A DNA stretch of 64,000 nucleotides from an uncultured virus (IMG/VR IMGVR_UViG_3300031539_000017) (Duplodnaviria; Heunggongvirae; Uroviricota; Caudoviricetes), in the IMG/VR virus record IMGVR_UViG_3300031539_000017. One strand, 5' to 3'. This document shows positions 9,268 to 17,519 of the stretch, one piece after another. Made by a program: the position numbers and the translations under genes. Positions within the stretch are counted from its first letter, which is position 1, and each line of letters opens with the position of its first letter. A model generated the notes under the pieces. That model had not been told where the DNA came from and searched no databases. It was given only the letters and a program-made list of their open reading frames with translations.

Positions 9268-9869
9268 AGGTGAGCGATACTGTCACCGTCGCGGCTCTGG
9301 ACCTCGGATATTTGCGCACCGGTTATGCTGTCATCCGTCAGCCCGGCGACCAGGTTCTCAAGTATGGTGTCATCAAGGCTGAGCCGTACCGGGCCAAAGT
9401 AACTGAACTGGTCCACGTCAAGCGGGCCAAGTCCGCCTTCGACGGCCTACGGCTGGCGCTGTACTATGCCGATGAGGATCACGGACCCCTGGATGCTCTG
9501 GTCTATGAAGAGCCTCAGTGGGTGGGGGCTGCTTTGCGCAGGGGCAAGATGTCCAAGGCCTCGGTGCTGGCCCTGGGTGCGGCCCTGGAGCGGATGTACC
9601 TGGTCCTGGTGGCGGTGGGCTGGTCCTGTGTGGAACCCAAGAGCGGACGCGTTCAGATGAGGCCAGTATACTCCATAGACCCGGCGCGGTGGCAGCCGCT
9701 GTTCACCGGGGCGGGGCGGCTCCCAGCAGGGCAGATGAAGCCCCTGGTACGCCGATACGTCAAGATGCGCACCGGGATTGCACTCTCAGAGTCCGAGCAC
9801 GATGCAGCCGACGCTATCGCTATTGGCATCGTGGCTGGCAAGCTGTTACAAATCGAGGGTAAGATATGA
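9255..9869 (+). CDS. ruvC: RuvC-like Holliday junction resolvase
   Basis: ALDLGYLRTGYAVI, LVYEEP and HDAADAIAIG catalytic motifs. Confidence 0.85.
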   Translation: MDEVEVSDTVTVAALDLGYLRTGYAVIRQPGDQVLKYGVIKAEPYRAKVTELVHVKRAKSAFDGLRLALYYADEDHGPLDALVYEEPQWVGAALRRGKMSKASVLALGAALERMYLVLVAVGWSCVEPKSGRVQMRPVYSIDPARWQPLFTGAGRLPAGQMKPLVRRYVKMRTGIALSESEHDAADAIAIGIVAGKLLQIEGKI

Positions 9870-9906
9870 TCCATCCTCCTCATCCTCCTCACACGCCTAG
9901 CAGGAA

Positions 9907-9933
9907 GGGGCGGGTGCTAGCCACACCCGCCCC
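9907..9933 (+). other. Perfect 10-bp intergenic hairpin
   Basis: GGGGCGGGTG-CTAGCCA-CACCCGCCCC; no U-tract. Confidence 0.5.
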
Positions 9934-10000
9934 GCTGGGCGGTATCTGGGGCGCTGTGGCGCCCGCTAAGGGGGTTTATGCTATGAACGGGGGGCTGGGT

Positions 10001-10558
10001 ATGGATTCTCGGTTGTGGGCTATTCTGGTGGCTCTGGTGGTATTGTGTTGCTGCCCTGTGCCTGCGGTGGCAGGTATGGATCGTGGCGTGGAGGACCCCG
10101 TGCCGACCAACGTGTACCTGATGGCCTTGACGGTTCTGTACGAGGCCACGGGGCAGCCGGTGTTGGGGCAGGAGCTTGTGGCCCGCGTGGTGTTCAACCG
10201 GGTTGCCTGGATAGAGGCCGCCTACTTCGAGCAGGTAGTCTTTGCCGATGGGCAGTTCATGGCCTGGACTCCAGAGCGCAGATGGGCCTTCGCCCGTTGT
10301 CAGATCGAGCAGGACAGTGATCCCGCATGTTTTGACCGCATGGCCCTGGAGTGGCTAGGTTCTGCACCCGATGCCCGTGAGCGGTGGCTGGACCTGCTGG
10401 CCATGTCTATGGCGGTAGTGAACGGCGCGGCGGATCCGGTGGGCTGGGCTGGCGTGCGGTACTTCGACAATCCGCGGTTCTGGCCGGAGGGCGAGCCTCC
10501 GTGGGCGCCTGCGAAGGTGTTTGTGGGCCAAATTGGAGATCATTGCTTCTGGCGGTGA
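10001..10558 (+). CDS. Cell wall hydrolase, SleB/Hydrolase_2 family, with N-terminal signal or TM segment
   Basis: LALTVLYEATG-like motif, VARVVFNRV, GQF, YFDNP, QIGDHCF. Confidence 0.85.
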   Translation: MDSRLWAILVALVVLCCCPVPAVAGMDRGVEDPVPTNVYLMALTVLYEATGQPVLGQELVARVVFNRVAWIEAAYFEQVVFADGQFMAWTPERRWAFARCQIEQDSDPACFDRMALEWLGSAPDARERWLDLLAMSMAVVNGAADPVGWAGVRYFDNPRFWPEGEPPWAPAKVFVGQIGDHCFWR

Positions 10559-10561
10559 GCC

Positions 10562-10623
10562 TTTTGTGCAAAAGCCGGGGTGACGGTTTCTTTTGCTGGC
10601 AAAGGGTTGGGCTGTGGCATGAT
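10562..10623 (+). promoter_or_regulatory. Bipartite palindromic element copy 2 (A then B) with -10
   Basis: TTTTGTGCAAAA 10562-10573, TTTTGCTGGCAAAG 10591-10604, TGG-CATGAT 10618-10623. Confidence 0.75.
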
Positions 10624-10639
10624 GGAAGGGGGAATAGCG

Positions 10640-10840
10640 ATGCAGATTGAGGTCAAGGGCGGCAAGCCTGGTTACGTGATTCGGAGCGGAAAGGATGCCC
10701 TGGAGTGTGTGACCATAGTAGAGACCTTCGTGGATTCTGATGCGGCGTACAATACTGATTATGGCGCAGCGGCCAATGGCCTGGACCGCTGGCTGAAGCG
10801 GATGATAGCCGAGGAGGATAGTCATGGACACCAGAGATGA
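10640..10840 (+). CDS. Hypothetical protein
   Basis: ATG 10640 downstream of element copy 2. Confidence 0.55.
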   Translation: MQIEVKGGKPGYVIRSGKDALECVTIVETFVDSDAAYNTDYGAAANGLDRWLKRMIAEEDSHGHQR

Positions 10841-11075
10841 GTTCTGCGTGAAGTGCCGCCGCAAGATGCATGTGGCCAAGGTGGGCCAGGAGGTCCTGGA
10901 GCTGACTGAGAAGGGCACTCCGTACAGGCTCGCGGCTGGTGATGTGTTGGAGTGCCCTAAGTGTGGATATCAGGTCGTGACCCGCTTCGGCAAGGTCACT
11001 CCGCACTATGAGGCTGGATTCAATGAACTTGTGGGGCGTCTTCGCCGACGTGACCTGCTCCTGGAGGTGGTGTGA
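10824..11075 (+). CDS. Zn-ribbon protein
   Basis: CVKC...CPKC. Confidence 0.65.
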   Translation: MDTRDEFCVKCRRKMHVAKVGQEVLELTEKGTPYRLAAGDVLECPKCGYQVVTRFGKVTPHYEAGFNELVGRLRRRDLLLEVV

Positions 11076-11344
11076 TGCCTGATGACAGGTGTATCATCGT
11101 AGCCGTGCCCGTGGAGGTCAGTCAACGGGGTGAGATCGTCACCGGCTCCACCAAGGCAAGGTGCGCCGATTGTGACGCGGCGGTCTGGGTTGCGCCCAGC
11201 AGCCAGATTATGATGCGGAGGCAGACGTGTAAGGTGCTGTGTATCCCCTGCGGCCTTGGAGCCATCGAGGAGGACCCGGATCCGGAGTTCAGTACCACTC
11301 ATGAGGAGGCCTTCCGGTTGCTTACAGAGGAAGATAATGGTTGA
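11072..11344 (+). CDS. Zn-ribbon protein
   Basis: CADC...CIPC. Confidence 0.6.
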   Translation: MMPDDRCIIVAVPVEVSQRGEIVTGSTKARCADCDAAVWVAPSSQIMMRRQTCKVLCIPCGLGAIEEDPDPEFSTTHEEAFRLLTEEDNG

Positions 11345-12071
11345 CAGCATAACAATCAACTGGAAGGATTCTGTTTGGAATGTACCCCTGGGTAGCTGGG
11401 AGCCGGTGGATGCTGTGTCCATTCGCCCTGTCCCGGCCCGTGATGGTTGTCGCTGCGGGTCTTGCCGGTTTCTGGATCGTGAGGCTGAGGGCTGGAGATG
11501 CGCCAACTTCGTGAATATCCTTGCAACGAGGGCACTAAAGGGTATGAGCCCCGTCAGTCCGCAGATGCGGCTCATGGCGTGCCTGGATTGGGAGGGCTAC
11601 CCACCCCGCAACCCCGGCTGGTTCGCCTGCCCGCTGTGGCTCTCTGGTGAGTCTATGTCTACACGGGCCTATCGTGAGGGCCATTTTGGGGAGTTCTTAA
11701 CACTGATGGCCCTGGCTGGGGCCGGGGAGCCTCACACCGAGTACCGTACCCATGAGGGATCACAGGCACAGGGCGACCTGGCGGAGCTGGAACGGGCCGG
11801 TGCTGATATGAGGCGGAAGGACAAATGGTGGAAACTTCTAGGTACGTGGAATCTTCCGGTTGATGGCTATCCTGGCGCACCCCATCCGATGAGCGGCCTG
11901 GTCAGCTTTGGGAGTACCCTGTCCACCAAGGCTGCGAGTTCCTTCGGGGGACTGTTATCACTTGTCACTACGGATTATCTCACGCAGAGCGAAGGGGCTT
12001 CTGTGGAGGTGTCCCGTCATGCCAATTGCCGGTGTGCAATTGTTGATGATGTGGAGGATGAGCTGGAGTAG
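11337..12071 (+). CDS. Hypothetical protein
   Basis: Cys-rich N-part; ends with HANCRC. Confidence 0.6.
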   Translation: MVDSITINWKDSVWNVPLGSWEPVDAVSIRPVPARDGCRCGSCRFLDREAEGWRCANFVNILATRALKGMSPVSPQMRLMACLDWEGYPPRNPGWFACPLWLSGESMSTRAYREGHFGEFLTLMALAGAGEPHTEYRTHEGSQAQGDLAELERAGADMRRKDKWWKLLGTWNLPVDGYPGAPHPMSGLVSFGSTLSTKAASSFGGLLSLVTTDYLTQSEGASVEVSRHANCRCAIVDDVEDELE

Positions 12072-12085
12072 TCTTTGACCCCTAC

Positions 12086-12114
12086 TTGACAAGTTACAAA
12101 CTATGCTGTACAAT
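12086..12114 (+). promoter_or_regulatory. Sigma70-type promoter upstream of terminase operon
   Basis: TTGACA-17 nt-TACAAT. Confidence 0.75.
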
Positions 12115-12127
12115 GTGACGGAGCATT

Positions 12128-12165
12128 AGCCCCGTCTACCCGGACGGCGGGTGGGCGGGGCTTTG
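12128..12165 (+). terminator. Hairpin just downstream of the promoter
   Basis: AGCCCCGTCTACCC / GGGTGGGCGGGGCT stem with G-U pairs, then short T run. Confidence 0.45.
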
Positions 12166-12210
12166 CCATTACAGGTCGTCTGTATCTGTTGTCAGTAAAG
12201 GATTTGTTAG

Positions 12211-12705
12211 GTGCCCAAGAATCAAAGCCCTCATACCGTGAGCCATAAGGTCCTGGTGGCCTTGCGTAGGCGGCAGGTGGCAAGCCTGCGGCTTCGGGGG
12301 TACACGGAGCGGGAGATAGCCGACGAGCTTGCCAACGAGGGCATGCTGAACCCCAGGACGGGCATGCCCTGGACGCAACAGACTATGAACAATGACCTCA
12401 AAGCTATTCGTGAAGACTGGCGCAAGCGTGCTGCTGAGGACATCGCCGAACACATAGCCCGCATCCTGGCGGAGCTCTCTGAGGTCAAACGCTCTGCGTG
12501 GGCTGAGAAGGACTACCAGGCCATCTTGCGGGCCATTGAGAAGGAAGCCAAGATACTTGGGGTAGACAGTCCTGATAAGCAGATCGTGATTGAGGGAGAC
12601 CTGGAGACATTTCTATCCAGGCTGCCGGAGGAGTACCAGATTGCCATCCGCAACCTCATCCTCACCGACTTTGTCGGAGGCGGCCCTGCGAGGCTTCGCC
12701 CCTGA
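12211..12705 (+). CDS. terS: Terminase small subunit (HTH)
   Basis: RRQVASLRLRGYTEREIADEL helix-turn-helix, overlaps large subunit. Confidence 0.75.
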   Translation: MPKNQSPHTVSHKVLVALRRRQVASLRLRGYTEREIADELANEGMLNPRTGMPWTQQTMNNDLKAIREDWRKRAAEDIAEHIARILAELSEVKRSAWAEKDYQAILRAIEKEAKILGVDSPDKQIVIEGDLETFLSRLPEEYQIAIRNLILTDFVGGGPARLRP

Positions 12706-14251
12706 CGACTTCGCCCGGACCTTCGTGGGGGCTATGGGGGATGTATCCCAGGGTCGGCTCAAGGAGTGGGCCATGCGCGGCACCGACATCACCCCGGCGG
12801 ATTGGGGGGAACGGTACTTCTACATCGAGGATCCCTGCGATGTGGAGACCGGGCGGCAGCTGACCCCAGGGCCTATAAGGCTGTTTTCGCTCCAGAAGGC
12901 ATTGCTCAAGGCAGCGCTGGAGATCACACCGGAGTTGGGATTTCGTTGGCAGAGCATTGTATTTTCGGCTATCAAGAAATCAGGAAAGTCCAGGCTGGCG
13001 GCTATGGTGGATGCGTGGGTGGCTGACCAGATGGGGCCGTTTGCGGAAGTCTACCTGGCGGCCAATGATGGGAAGCAGTCGGGGGATCGGCTTCTGAACT
13101 GCATCGCCCGGAGCATAGAGCTGAATCAGAAATTGGGGACCGGCCTTGTGATGACCCGGTGGAAGGACCGCAAGACCGCAATCTCGCTACCCAACGGCTC
13201 GGTCATTGAGGCCATCCCTGTAGACCCCACAGGTCAGGCAGGTGGTAACCCGGCCTGTGTTACGTTCTCAGAGCTTTGGGGATACCGCCTGGAGGACAAG
13301 CAAAGGCTGTGGGCGGCGCTTACGCTATCGCCTACGAAGCGTGGGCTGTCCTTTCGTTGGGTGGACACCTATGCGGGGTACGAGGGGGAAAGCAACACCC
13401 TGGAGAACCTGTACGACCAGGGTGTGAACAAGGGCCGCCTCTGGGTGGACTGGGCTGATGAGAACCGCATCGAGTATGACCCCATCCTGAGAGAGCAGGA
13501 GATACCCTTGTTCGTCAACGAGGCCACAAGGTTATGGTGCTACTGGGAGACGGAGCCGCGGTTCCCCTGGCAGACGGAAGCGTACTATCAGGAGCAGGCC
13601 GGGGCCTTGACGGAGCTGGAATTCCGCCGGGTACACAAGAATGAGTGGGTCACCTCGGAGGATGTTTTCGTACCTATCGAGTGGTGGCACGGCTGCGCGG
13701 TGGAGACGCCCTTCCCGCCGTTGCAGTCGAGTGAGGAAGTGATCCTGGGGGTAGACGCAGCGGTCAGTGGCGATTCGTTCGCAGTGGTGGGTGTCACGCG
13801 GCATCCGATGGCCCCTGGCACTCACGTGGCGGTGCGCTACAGCCGGGTATGGTACCCACCCAAGGGCGGGGAGCTGGACTTCGGCCCTATCGACCAGGAG
13901 ATACGGCGCTTCTGTGGGGAGCACAACGTGGTGGAGGTGGCCTACGACAAGTGGCAGCTACACAAGCTGGCCACAGACCAGGGCAAGGACTACGTGGCCC
14001 ACTGGAGGTCCTTCAGCCAGGGGTCCGAGCGTTTGGAGTCGGACGTACAGCTATACCAGCTCATCAGGGCCAAGGAATGCACCCATGATGGGACGCACCA
14101 TGAGCTGACCCGGCACATCGCCAATGCCAATAGCAAGATGAGCAAGGAAGAGGAGACGCGGCTGCGGATTGTCAAGAGCAAACGGGGCAAGATTGATGCG
14201 TGTGTGGCGCTCTCTATGGCGGCGCACCGGTGTTTATACCTGAACCTGTGA
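12641..14251 (+). CDS. terL: Terminase large subunit
   Basis: KKSGKS Walker A; GVDAAVSGD, AYDKWQ and KIDACVALSMA nuclease motifs; TTG start 12641 chosen for its GGAGGAG RBS. Confidence 0.9.
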   Translation: MPSATSSSPTLSEAALRGFAPDDFARTFVGAMGDVSQGRLKEWAMRGTDITPADWGERYFYIEDPCDVETGRQLTPGPIRLFSLQKALLKAALEITPELGFRWQSIVFSAIKKSGKSRLAAMVDAWVADQMGPFAEVYLAANDGKQSGDRLLNCIARSIELNQKLGTGLVMTRWKDRKTAISLPNGSVIEAIPVDPTGQAGGNPACVTFSELWGYRLEDKQRLWAALTLSPTKRGLSFRWVDTYAGYEGESNTLENLYDQGVNKGRLWVDWADENRIEYDPILREQEIPLFVNEATRLWCYWETEPRFPWQTEAYYQEQAGALTELEFRRVHKNEWVTSEDVFVPIEWWHGCAVETPFPPLQSSEEVILGVDAAVSGDSFAVVGVTRHPMAPGTHVAVRYSRVWYPPKGGELDFGPIDQEIRRFCGEHNVVEVAYDKWQLHKLATDQGKDYVAHWRSFSQGSERLESDVQLYQLIRAKECTHDGTHHELTRHIANANSKMSKEEETRLRIVKSKRGKIDACVALSMAAHRCLYLNL

Positions 14252-14259
14252 GGGGAGAG

Positions 14260-14433
14260 ATGAAGCAAGAACTCTGTCCGGTATGCCGCGGTAAGAAAAT
14301 AATCGTGTCCACTCATATCTCGGGGGTTCTCTCCCAGAGGAAGTGCTCAGCCTGCGGTGGCACGGGAATCGTCAAGCCGAAGACCTGCAACATGCCCCCA
14401 GGATCGTGTGGGGGCTGCCCAGGTCGGTTCTAA
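14260..14433 (+). CDS. Small DnaJ-type Zn-finger protein
   Basis: CPVCRG...CSACGGTG. Confidence 0.55.
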   Translation: MKQELCPVCRGKKIIVSTHISGVLSQRKCSACGGTGIVKPKTCNMPPGSCGGCPGRF

Positions 14434-14463
14434 GGCGCTTAAAGCTGAGATGAGGGGTATCCC

Positions 14464-15021
14464 ATGTCTAACACGGTAATCATTGCGGGCAGGAACTACA
14501 CTGACCCAGATAGGCCAGCACAGGCTCCGCACATTGACGCGGACGGTACTGCGTATATCAGGACGCTGGGTCAGAGTGACGTGGTGATGCTGTCCGAACC
14601 AGCATTGGCTGCCGCCAGGGCGGGGACAGCATTCTGCCACAAGGTGAACAGTAAGGTGGGCATCAATGGTGCGCCAACGGTGCTGACGGATGCGGGCCTG
14701 CTCAGGACAACGACTGCAGGCTACAGGGACGTTATCACTTGCCTCTATGCCTATCTGAGCACATTCAGCGATTCGTGTGAGTTTGAGATAGGCTACACGG
14801 CAAACGCGGATGGCACGGGGGCATTTACGGCGATGACGATGATGTTTGGCCTTGATACTGGCGCTGCCTCTTCGGTGCCTTCACCAAGCCTTACGATGCT
14901 TAGCCCACCCATTGTCATCACACCAGCCATGGGCGGGGCATGGACTATCAGGGCACAGACCAATGATGCAGGTGCAACGGTGACATTCGGCATAAACGGC
15001 TGGCGCGAGCTTATCACCTAA
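14464..15021 (+). CDS. Putative virion decoration protein
   Basis: Beta-rich, Thr/Ala/Gly-rich; N-terminal TVIIAGR motif shared with two neighbours. Confidence 0.45.
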   Translation: MSNTVIIAGRNYTDPDRPAQAPHIDADGTAYIRTLGQSDVVMLSEPALAAARAGTAFCHKVNSKVGINGAPTVLTDAGLLRTTTAGYRDVITCLYAYLSTFSDSCEFEIGYTANADGTGAFTAMTMMFGLDTGAASSVPSPSLTMLSPPIVITPAMGGAWTIRAQTNDAGATVTFGINGWRELIT

Positions 15022-15023
15022 TT

Positions 15024-15066
15024 CTTTGCCAGCAAAGGAAACGCTGGCCTAGCCTTTTGTGCAAAA
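15024..15066. promoter_or_regulatory. Bipartite palindromic element copy 3 (B then A)
   Basis: CTTTGCCAGCAAAG 15024-15037, TTTTGTGCAAAA 15055-15066. Confidence 0.75.
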
Positions 15067-15076
15067 GGGGAGAACG

Positions 15077-15472
15077 ATGGCGAGAGTAGAGATAGCGGGA
15101 CACGGCCAGGATAGCAATACGCCCATCGGTGCGGTATTCAGTGAGCAGGGCATCATCGTGCCGCCTTATGATGACTTGGTTAGTTACGGGCCGACCGATG
15201 CGCCCGCTGTCAACAAGGCGATATACACGCCCAGTGCCAGCTTCCGGTTCATCCCTCAGTTGGTTGTGATGTCCTGTGAGGGGGCACAGATCTTCACTTT
15301 CGCCTGCGGGACCTGGCACATGACCATTTACATCTCTGGGCAGTCAGGGGGCACGGAGGTCATTCCCTTCGTCGGTGGGGGCCTGCGGCTGGCACGGCTG
15401 CCGTTGTTATTGACTACGCCCAACGCGGTGAATCACTACGTGGGCTTCATGGGTAGGCAGGTGGTGGAATAG
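15077..15472 (+). CDS. Putative virion decoration protein
   Basis: Beta-rich; N-terminal RVEIAGH motif. Confidence 0.45.
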   Translation: MARVEIAGHGQDSNTPIGAVFSEQGIIVPPYDDLVSYGPTDAPAVNKAIYTPSASFRFIPQLVVMSCEGAQIFTFACGTWHMTIYISGQSGGTEVIPFVGGGLRLARLPLLLTTPNAVNHYVGFMGRQVVE

Positions 15473-15479
15473 GGGGCGC

Positions 15480-15881
15480 ATGATGAGCATAGCACAAACG
15501 GTACTGATAGCAGGTAGAGGAGCGGACGGGACACCTCAGGTTATTGAGGTAACTGTTGGGGGTGCATTGCCGGTCAGCGCATCGGCGGCGGACAACCCTA
15601 CCTATCCTCTGGTGCGGAACCTGACCCTGACCCTGGCTAATACGGAATATGCACAGGTTCTCCCTGCTAACTGTCGGTCCTTCGAGTTTCATTGCCGCAC
15701 GGCCAACGATATTCGGTTTGCGTTCGAGCCGGGGCGTGTCGGCCCACCGGCGGCGCCGTACATGACCTTGCCCTCTGGCTTGTGGTACTACTCCGAGGAG
15801 GTCTACTTGCAACCAGTGTGGACCCTCTACTTCGCCAGCGCGGTTGCCGCCGTGGTGGTGGAACTCATAGGGTGGACGTAA
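15480..15881 (+). CDS. Putative virion decoration protein
   Basis: Beta-rich; N-terminal TVLIAGR motif. Confidence 0.45.
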   Translation: MMSIAQTVLIAGRGADGTPQVIEVTVGGALPVSASAADNPTYPLVRNLTLTLANTEYAQVLPANCRSFEFHCRTANDIRFAFEPGRVGPPAAPYMTLPSGLWYYSEEVYLQPVWTLYFASAVAAVVVELIGWT

Positions 15882-15882
15882 G

Positions 15883-16956
15883 ATGCCGGTAAGGGGTGGC
15901 GCGGGCCTTCTAGCGGCCTTGCTGGAGACGGGGCAGATAACGCCCTACAGCTTCTTCGATGATGGGAGCTACGAGGCGGGCGTAGCCAAAGCCTATACCG
16001 TCAACGCCCTGGCGGGCAACACCGATATTGAGGTCGCCCACTACGCGGCGGGTACGCTCAGCTTCACCGCGCCCGGCACCATAGCGGATGCTGCAAATGG
16101 GCTGGCGGGCTGGGCGGTGAATGACCGCATGGTCATCAAGGGTAGTGGCTCCAACGACGGTGAGGTTACAGTCACGGGCATCGGTGGAGCACCGGCGAAC
16201 CTGACCATCTCTGCGGCGGTGAATGAGCTGGCAGGGGCCATGACCTCATTGTATAAGGTGGCTGCGCACTCAAACAACGTCGTCACGGACACCAACACGG
16301 GGTTAATGTGGAGCCGCAACACCTCCACAGGTGAGGCCGTAGGGCCGATGAGCAACGGTCTATTGAACTGGTACAACGTGGCGACGGACTGTGCAATCTA
16401 TGCTGGGGTTAACACCGTGAGTGTGATAATGCCCGGCAATATCTTCCGCGTCATCGGAGGGGCCGCCTTGACCCAATTTCATATCGGGGACTGCATCATG
16501 GCGGCGGGGTTCGTCAACGGGGTCAACAATCTCCCCAATGCCTATGTGGTGAGCGCCACACCTAATGGTGCCGATTTGGACATCGTTGTGGACCCCGGCA
16601 ATCAGGTCTTGATAGCTGAGGGCGCAGTAGGCGACTGGATTTATCTCAATTGCCAGTCCATCTTCAACTATGCGGCGGGGGCACGGCTGGGGAGCGTGGG
16701 CACGTACACGGATTGGCGAGTGCCAAATCGGGTCGAGATTATGGGCCTTGTTGGAATGGAAGCAGGGGCAGTATTGCCTGATGTACTCGCATTCCCTGGC
16801 TGGCCCGCAGCGCCTATTTGGCAGTCAACCACCTGCCCAGGACAGATACTAGCCGCCTGGAGAATCGATTTGGCGGCGGGCATTAACCAAGGGCAAGCGT
16901 TAAGGATAGCCAAGGCTGCGAATGGTATCACTGCCCTTGTGAGGCTAGGAACATGA
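15883..16956 (+). CDS. DUF1566/Lcl (C-type lectin-like) domain protein
   Basis: VVTDTNTGLMW, YTDWRVPNRVE, WQSTT, AWRIDL and ALVR motifs, split by an inserted beta domain. Confidence 0.7.
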   Translation: MPVRGGAGLLAALLETGQITPYSFFDDGSYEAGVAKAYTVNALAGNTDIEVAHYAAGTLSFTAPGTIADAANGLAGWAVNDRMVIKGSGSNDGEVTVTGIGGAPANLTISAAVNELAGAMTSLYKVAAHSNNVVTDTNTGLMWSRNTSTGEAVGPMSNGLLNWYNVATDCAIYAGVNTVSVIMPGNIFRVIGGAALTQFHIGDCIMAAGFVNGVNNLPNAYVVSATPNGADLDIVVDPGNQVLIAEGAVGDWIYLNCQSIFNYAAGARLGSVGTYTDWRVPNRVEIMGLVGMEAGAVLPDVLAFPGWPAAPIWQSTTCPGQILAAWRIDLAAGINQGQALRIAKAANGITALVRLGT

Positions 16957-17510
16957 TAGACCTGCAATCTAAGACGCTGGACGAACTCAGGGCGATGGAC
17001 AAAGAGGACATCATCAAGGCCATCTTCGAGGGCGAGACTTACAGCGACCCTCATTTGGTCAAGGACCAGTTTGGCAACAACGTGGAGCTGGTTGATGAGA
17101 TTCGCCAGAAGTACGACGGCAACCTGGTGGGGCGGCGCGTTGTCAGGTGGACCTATCACGACGCTAAAGAGGGCATTGTCAACGAAATCATCACTGAGGA
17201 CGGCAAGGTGAGGGATATGGTCACCCACCCGCTAGACGGCAGGCAGCCTACGCTCAGGAGGGTGCCCATTGCGGAGCCGGTGCCGCTGGAGGAGCTGGGC
17301 GGCATGGGCGGCGCGGCTGTTGTGCCGGAACCAGTGCTGCCGGAGCCGGAGCCGCTTATCTTGCCGGTGCCCCTTCGAGCTGTAGAGGTCACACCGGAGC
17401 CGGTTATCACTGAAGAGCCAGCTATCATCGAGGCACCGCTGACCAAGTGGCAGCGGTTCAAGAAGCGGGCGGAGCGCATCATCTTCCTGCTACCGGACGA
17501 CGTAGTATAA
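16953..17510 (+). CDS. Hypothetical protein with Pro/Glu-rich region
   Basis: 185-aa ORF, ATGA overlap. Confidence 0.6.
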   Translation: MIDLQSKTLDELRAMDKEDIIKAIFEGETYSDPHLVKDQFGNNVELVDEIRQKYDGNLVGRRVVRWTYHDAKEGIVNEIITEDGKVRDMVTHPLDGRQPTLRRVPIAEPVPLEELGGMGGAAVVPEPVLPEPEPLILPVPLRAVEVTPEPVITEEPAIIEAPLTKWQRFKKRAERIIFLLPDDVV

Positions 17511-17519
17511 GGGGAAGGC

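Noticed and set aside
9866..10000. Long N-terminal extensions in the ORF track (e.g. 9866, 11256, 12590, 60799)
   Set aside because: They overlap hairpins, upstream genes or the ribozyme; downstream starts have better RBS.
12012..12044. Second MuF gene suggested by HANCRC
   Set aside because: Six-residue match with no other MuF features.
16740..16956. Diversity-generating retroelement targeting the DUF1566 C-terminus
   Set aside because: No reverse transcriptase or template repeat seen in the window, and the codons lack an obvious adenine-mutagenesis pattern; the unseen part of the genome cannot be excluded.
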